Below, one piece after another: positions 60,569-64,000 of a stretch of 64,000 nucleotides of DNA. The position numbers were made by a program, and so were the translations under genes. The stretch's first letter is position 1; the number at the start of each line of letters is the position of its first letter. The stretch lies in assembly GCA_963667785.2 (NCBI GenBank), contig CAXXMU010000002.1, positions 192,001 to 256,000 of the forward strand. The letters are read 5' to 3'. The notes beneath the pieces are model-generated. The model searched no databases. It saw only the letters and a program-made list of their open reading frames with translations, and was not told where the DNA came from. This stretch comes from Alphaproteobacteria bacterium (GTDB lineage: Bacteria; Pseudomonadota; Alphaproteobacteria; UBA828).

Positions 60569-61759
60569 TCACCCGGCCGCGACGGCGGCGGGGTCGCGGC
60601 CGACGATGCGGCGGTATATCTCGGGATCGGTCGCACCCTCGCTGCCGATCACCAGCACCCGCGATGTCCCGGTCAGCGCCAGGGCGTCCCGCGCGTTGGC
60701 GTCTCCCACAGCGGCGATGAGGCCGCCCAGCGCCGCGGCGCCGGATTCGCCGAGCACCAGCGGCGGATCGCCCCCGCCGGGCGACGCGGCCCGGCGCATG
60801 GCATCCACGGCGCCGTCGTCGTCGAGCGCCATGAAGGCGAAGGCGCCCCGCTCCAGCAGTCGCCAGGCCAGCGGCGAGACCTCGGCGGCGGCGAGGCAGG
60901 CCATCACCGTGTCGAGATCGCCGGAGGCCGGGCTCGGCTCGCCCGCGAGCGCGCTCTGGTAGAGGCAGTCGGCGGCGGTGGGCTCCACCACTACGCCCTT
61001 CGGGCTCCCGGCGGCCGCGTCCTGGCGGAAGGCGCCGATCACGGCGGCGGCGAGCCCGCCGACCCCACCCTGGACGAAGAGATGGGTGGGAGTGTCGCCC
61101 GCCAGCGCGGCCCTGATCTCGTCCACCAGCATGGTGTAGCCGTGCATGACCCGGCTCGGCGCCTCGTCGCCGCCGGCGTGCGAGGTGTCCGAGACCAGGA
61201 TCCAGCCGTTGGCGCGGGCCTCGTCGGCGCAGGTGCGCACGGCCTCGTCGTAGCTGCCGTCCACGCGCTGGATGGCGGCGCCCTGGGCCGCGATGGCGCG
61301 CTCGCGGCCTGCGCTCACCGGCCCCGGCAGGAACACCGTGCAGCGCGCACCGGCGCGGCGCGCGCCCCAGGCGACGGCGAGCCCGTGGTTGCCGTCGGTG
61401 GCGCAGCAGACCGTGAGGTCGCGCACGCGCGCGCCGGCCCGGCCCGCGGCCACCTCGGCGATGGAGAGCGCGTCTCCCAACCGCTCGCGCAGCAGGTGAA
61501 CCACGGCGTAGGCGCCGCCCAGCGACTTGAAGCTGCCGAGGCCGAAGCGCCCGCTCTCGTCCTTGAGCCAGAGCGCCCCGATGCCGAGCGATGCCGCGAG
61601 GCCCTCCAGCCGGTGCAGCGGGGTCGGCCGGTAGCCCTCGAAGCTCGTGACCGCGGCGCGGGCCGCGGCGCGCCGCTCCGGCAGGATCACCGGCTGCGGG
61701 TCGTCCTCCGGCGCGGGCGCGTGGCGCGGGTTCAGGTGGAGGCGGAAGGGGGCGCTCAT
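60569..61759 (-). CDS. dpaL: Diaminopropionate ammonia-lyase
   Basis: YRPTPL, KDESGRFGLGSFKSLGG, ATDGNHG, QGGVGG and SEGATDP. Confidence 0.88.
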   Translation of the reverse strand: MSAPFRLHLNPRHAPAPEDDPQPVILPERRAAARAAVTSFEGYRPTPLHRLEGLAASLGIGALWLKDESGRFGLGSFKSLGGAYAVVHLLRERLGDALSIAEVAAGRAGARVRDLTVCCATDGNHGLAVAWGARRAGARCTVFLPGPVSAGRERAIAAQGAAIQRVDGSYDEAVRTCADEARANGWILVSDTSHAGGDEAPSRVMHGYTMLVDEIRAALAGDTPTHLFVQGGVGGLAAAVIGAFRQDAAAGSPKGVVVEPTAADCLYQSALAGEPSPASGDLDTVMACLAAAEVSPLAWRLLERGAFAFMALDDDGAVDAMRRAASPGGGDPPLVLGESGAAALGGLIAAVGDANARDALALTGTSRVLVIGSEGATDPEIYRRIVGRDPAAVAAG

Positions 61760-61782
61760 GGCGTGCCGTCCGTCGCGCGGGC

Positions 61783-62760
61783 TCAGCGCAGGTCCGCGAG
61801 CAGCGGCATCACCTCGTCGGCGAAGCGCTGCAGATGCGCGAGCTTCTCCCGCTCGTGCGCGAGCACGTTCAACACGAGGTGGCGCACGCCGGCCGCGTGG
61901 AACGCGCGGATCGCGTCCGCCACCGCCTCGGGCTCGCCGAGCGCGCAGTAGCGCTCCGCCGCGCGCGAGAAGTCCATGGCGTAGCGGATGCTCAGGAACC
62001 TGGCGGCGAAGGCAAGCGCGCTCTCGCGGTCCTTGTCGAGCCGGAGGAAGAGCAGATGGCCAGTGCCGAAGCGCTCGAGCGTGCGCCCGGCCGCCTCTGC
62101 GGCCGCGGCGATGGTCTCCAGTGACTGGCGGTAGCGCTCCGGCGTCACCACGTAGGAGAGCCAGCCGTCGGCGAGCCGGCCGGTGCGCCTGAGCGCGGCA
62201 TCGGCGCGGCCGCCGCACCAGATCGGCGGGCCGCCCGGTTGCGCCGGCGGCGGCTGCATCGCGACCTCGGGGAAGGGATAGAAGCGCCCCTCGTGGGCGA
62301 CCGGCCGCCCCGACCAGAGCTTGCGCAGCACTTGGATGCCCTCGCCGAGCCGCGCGCCGCGCTCCTCCACCGGCACGCCGCAGAGCTGGAACTCGAGGGG
62401 GAACTCGCCGCCGACGCCGACGCCGAAGATCAGGCGGCCGTTCGAGACCGTATCGAGGGTCGCGACCTGCTTCGCCACCGGCGCCGGGTGGCGCAGGGGG
62501 AGCAGGTGGACCGCCGTGCCGATGGCGAGGCGATCGCTCAGCGCCGCGGCCTGCGCCAACTGGATCAGCGGGTCGAGGATCGGGCCTGCGAAGGCGACGT
62601 GATCGCCGGACCAGATCGAATCGAAGCCCAGTGCGTCGAGCGCGCGGACCACGTCGGGCAGGTCGCCGCCGCGCGACGACGGCGGCGACTCGTCGTACTC
62701 GCTCGGCGCCAGGACGTGCTGCAAGCCGATGCTGAGCCTCGGCTCGAGGGGTAGCTCCAC
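61783..62760 (-). CDS. LLM class flavin/F420-dependent oxidoreductase
   Basis: GFDSIWSGDH, LPLRHP..VAKQVATLD, GVGVGGE and PPIWCGG. Confidence 0.88.
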   Translation of the reverse strand: MELPLEPRLSIGLQHVLAPSEYDESPPSSRGGDLPDVVRALDALGFDSIWSGDHVAFAGPILDPLIQLAQAAALSDRLAIGTAVHLLPLRHPAPVAKQVATLDTVSNGRLIFGVGVGGEFPLEFQLCGVPVEERGARLGEGIQVLRKLWSGRPVAHEGRFYPFPEVAMQPPPAQPGGPPIWCGGRADAALRRTGRLADGWLSYVVTPERYRQSLETIAAAAEAAGRTLERFGTGHLLFLRLDKDRESALAFAARFLSIRYAMDFSRAAERYCALGEPEAVADAIRAFHAAGVRHLVLNVLAHEREKLAHLQRFADEVMPLLADLR

Positions 62761-62837
62761 GACCGTCTCCCGCGTTGGTCGGAACGGCCGCGCACTCTAA
62801 CGGATCGAACGCCTCGGCGCATCGCGCGCCCCGCGGC

Positions 62838-63998
62838 CTAGGCCGTGTCGAGCCCCGGGTAGATGGGGAAGGCGCGGCAGAGCGTGCGCACGTCTGCGCG
62901 AACGGCCTGCTCGACCGCCTCGTCCCGCGCCCCGCCGGCCGCGGCCATGGCGTGCAGCACGTCGGCGATCCAGCCGCCGATGCGGCGGAACTCGTCTTCG
63001 CCGAAGCCCCGCGTGGTGCCCGCCGCCGAGCCGAAGCGGAGCCCCGAGGTCACTCTGGGCGGCTGCGTGTCGCCCGGCACCGCATTCTTGTTGCAGGTGA
63101 GGCCGGCGGCCTCCAGCGCGTCGGATGCCGCCGCTCCCGTGAGCCCGAGCGGGCGCAGGTCCGCCACCAGGAGCGGCGTATCGGTGCCGCCGGCGACGAC
63201 GGCGACGCCGCGCGCCATCAGCGTGTCGGCGAGCGCGCGGGCGTTGGCCAGCACCCGGGCGGCGTAGGCCCTGAACGAGGGCTTCAGCGCCTCGCCCAGG
63301 CACACCGCCTTGGCCGCGACGGCGTTGAGGATCACGCTGCCCTGCACGCCGGGGAACACCGCGCTGTCGAGCTTGCGGGCGAGCACCGCGTCGTCGGTGA
63401 GGATGAGCCCGCCGCGCGCGCCGCGCAGGTTCTTGTAGGTGGTCGCCGTGGTCACGTGGGCGTGGGGGAGGGGGCTCGGATGCGCGTCGCCGGCGACGAG
63501 GCCGGCGAAGTGGGCCATGTCGGCGAGCAGGTAGGCGCCTGCCGCGTCGGCGATGCGGCGGAAGCGGGCGAAGTCGATGGCCCGCGGATAGGCCGAGCCG
63601 CCGCAGATGAGGAGCTTCGGCCGGTGCTCGCGCGCGAGCCGCTCGACCTCCTCCATGTCGATGAGGCCCGCCGCGTCGGTGCCGTAGCGGACCGGGCGGA
63701 ACCACTTGCCGGTGAGGTTCGGCGCGGCGCCGTGGCTGAGATGGCCGCCGGCATCGAGCGCCATGCCGAGCACCACATCGCCCGGCTGCAGCAGGGCGAG
63801 GAAGACCGCCTGGTTCGCCTGGCTGCCGGAGTGGGGCTGGACGTTTGCGAAGTCGCAGCCGAAGAGCTCCTTCGCCCGCTCGACGGCGAGCGATTCGATC
63901 CGGTCGGCGAAGGCGGCGCCGCCGTAGTAGCGGGCGCCGGGGCGGCCCTCCACGGTCTTGTTGACGATGACCGAGCCCAGCGCATCGAGGCTCGCCCG
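62838..63998 (-). CDS. Serine hydroxymethyltransferase-family protein, divergent paralogue (5' end beyond the window)
   Basis: [28 protein letters not shown] and TTRG; frame open to the window edge; several canonical GlyA residues replaced. Confidence 0.88.
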   Translation of the reverse strand, partial: RASLDALGSVIVNKTVEGRPGARYYGGAAFADRIESLAVERAKELFGCDFANVQPHSGSQANQAVFLALLQPGDVVLGMALDAGGHLSHGAAPNLTGKWFRPVRYGTDAAGLIDMEEVERLAREHRPKLLICGGSAYPRAIDFARFRRIADAAGAYLLADMAHFAGLVAGDAHPSPLPHAHVTTATTYKNLRGARGGLILTDDAVLARKLDSAVFPGVQGSVILNAVAAKAVCLGEALKPSFRAYAARVLANARALADTLMARGVAVVAGGTDTPLLVADLRPLGLTGAAASDALEAAGLTCNKNAVPGDTQPPRVTSGLRFGSAAGTTRGFGEDEFRRIGGWIADVLHAMAAAGGARDEAVEQAVRADVRTLCRAFPIYPGLDTA

Positions 63999-64000
63999 GC

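Overview
A 64 kb chromosomal stretch from a high-GC alphaproteobacterium (Rhodospirillales-like, inferred from gene order), with about 68 credible CDSs, mostly on the minus strand. The core blocks are yebC-ruvCAB-ybgC-tolQRAB-pal-cpoB-tilS-ftsH-folP-glmM-thiD, recO-parC, lgt-midA-pgeF-prs-rplY-pth-ychF and sdhE-mfd. Accessory modules lie between them: an HhH-GPD/Ada/BrnTA patch at the left edge, an F420 cluster (cofE, cofD, LLM and PPOX enzymes), a TPP-riboswitch-controlled ThiXYZ-type ABC transporter, an LbtU-like porin, pxpA-aminotransferase-bioF-bioD, a 2xDUF1538-PII-CBS operon joined to folM/folB, dxr-hpnC-hpnD, and a divergent SHMT paralogue with an LLM enzyme and DAP ammonia-lyase. The most notable observations are (i) a three-copy ~150 bp multi-hairpin element with compensatory base changes whose ends overlap TAG stop codons, (ii) the uncharacterised DUF1538/PII/CBS membrane system, (iii) an 11-nt insertion copying mtnP's own 3' end, (iv) a probable ACG start for pth, and (v) a translationally coupled 26-aa membrane peptide. 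I saw no rRNA, tRNA, CRISPR array or transposase. All calls come from motif recognition by eye; no database searches were run.
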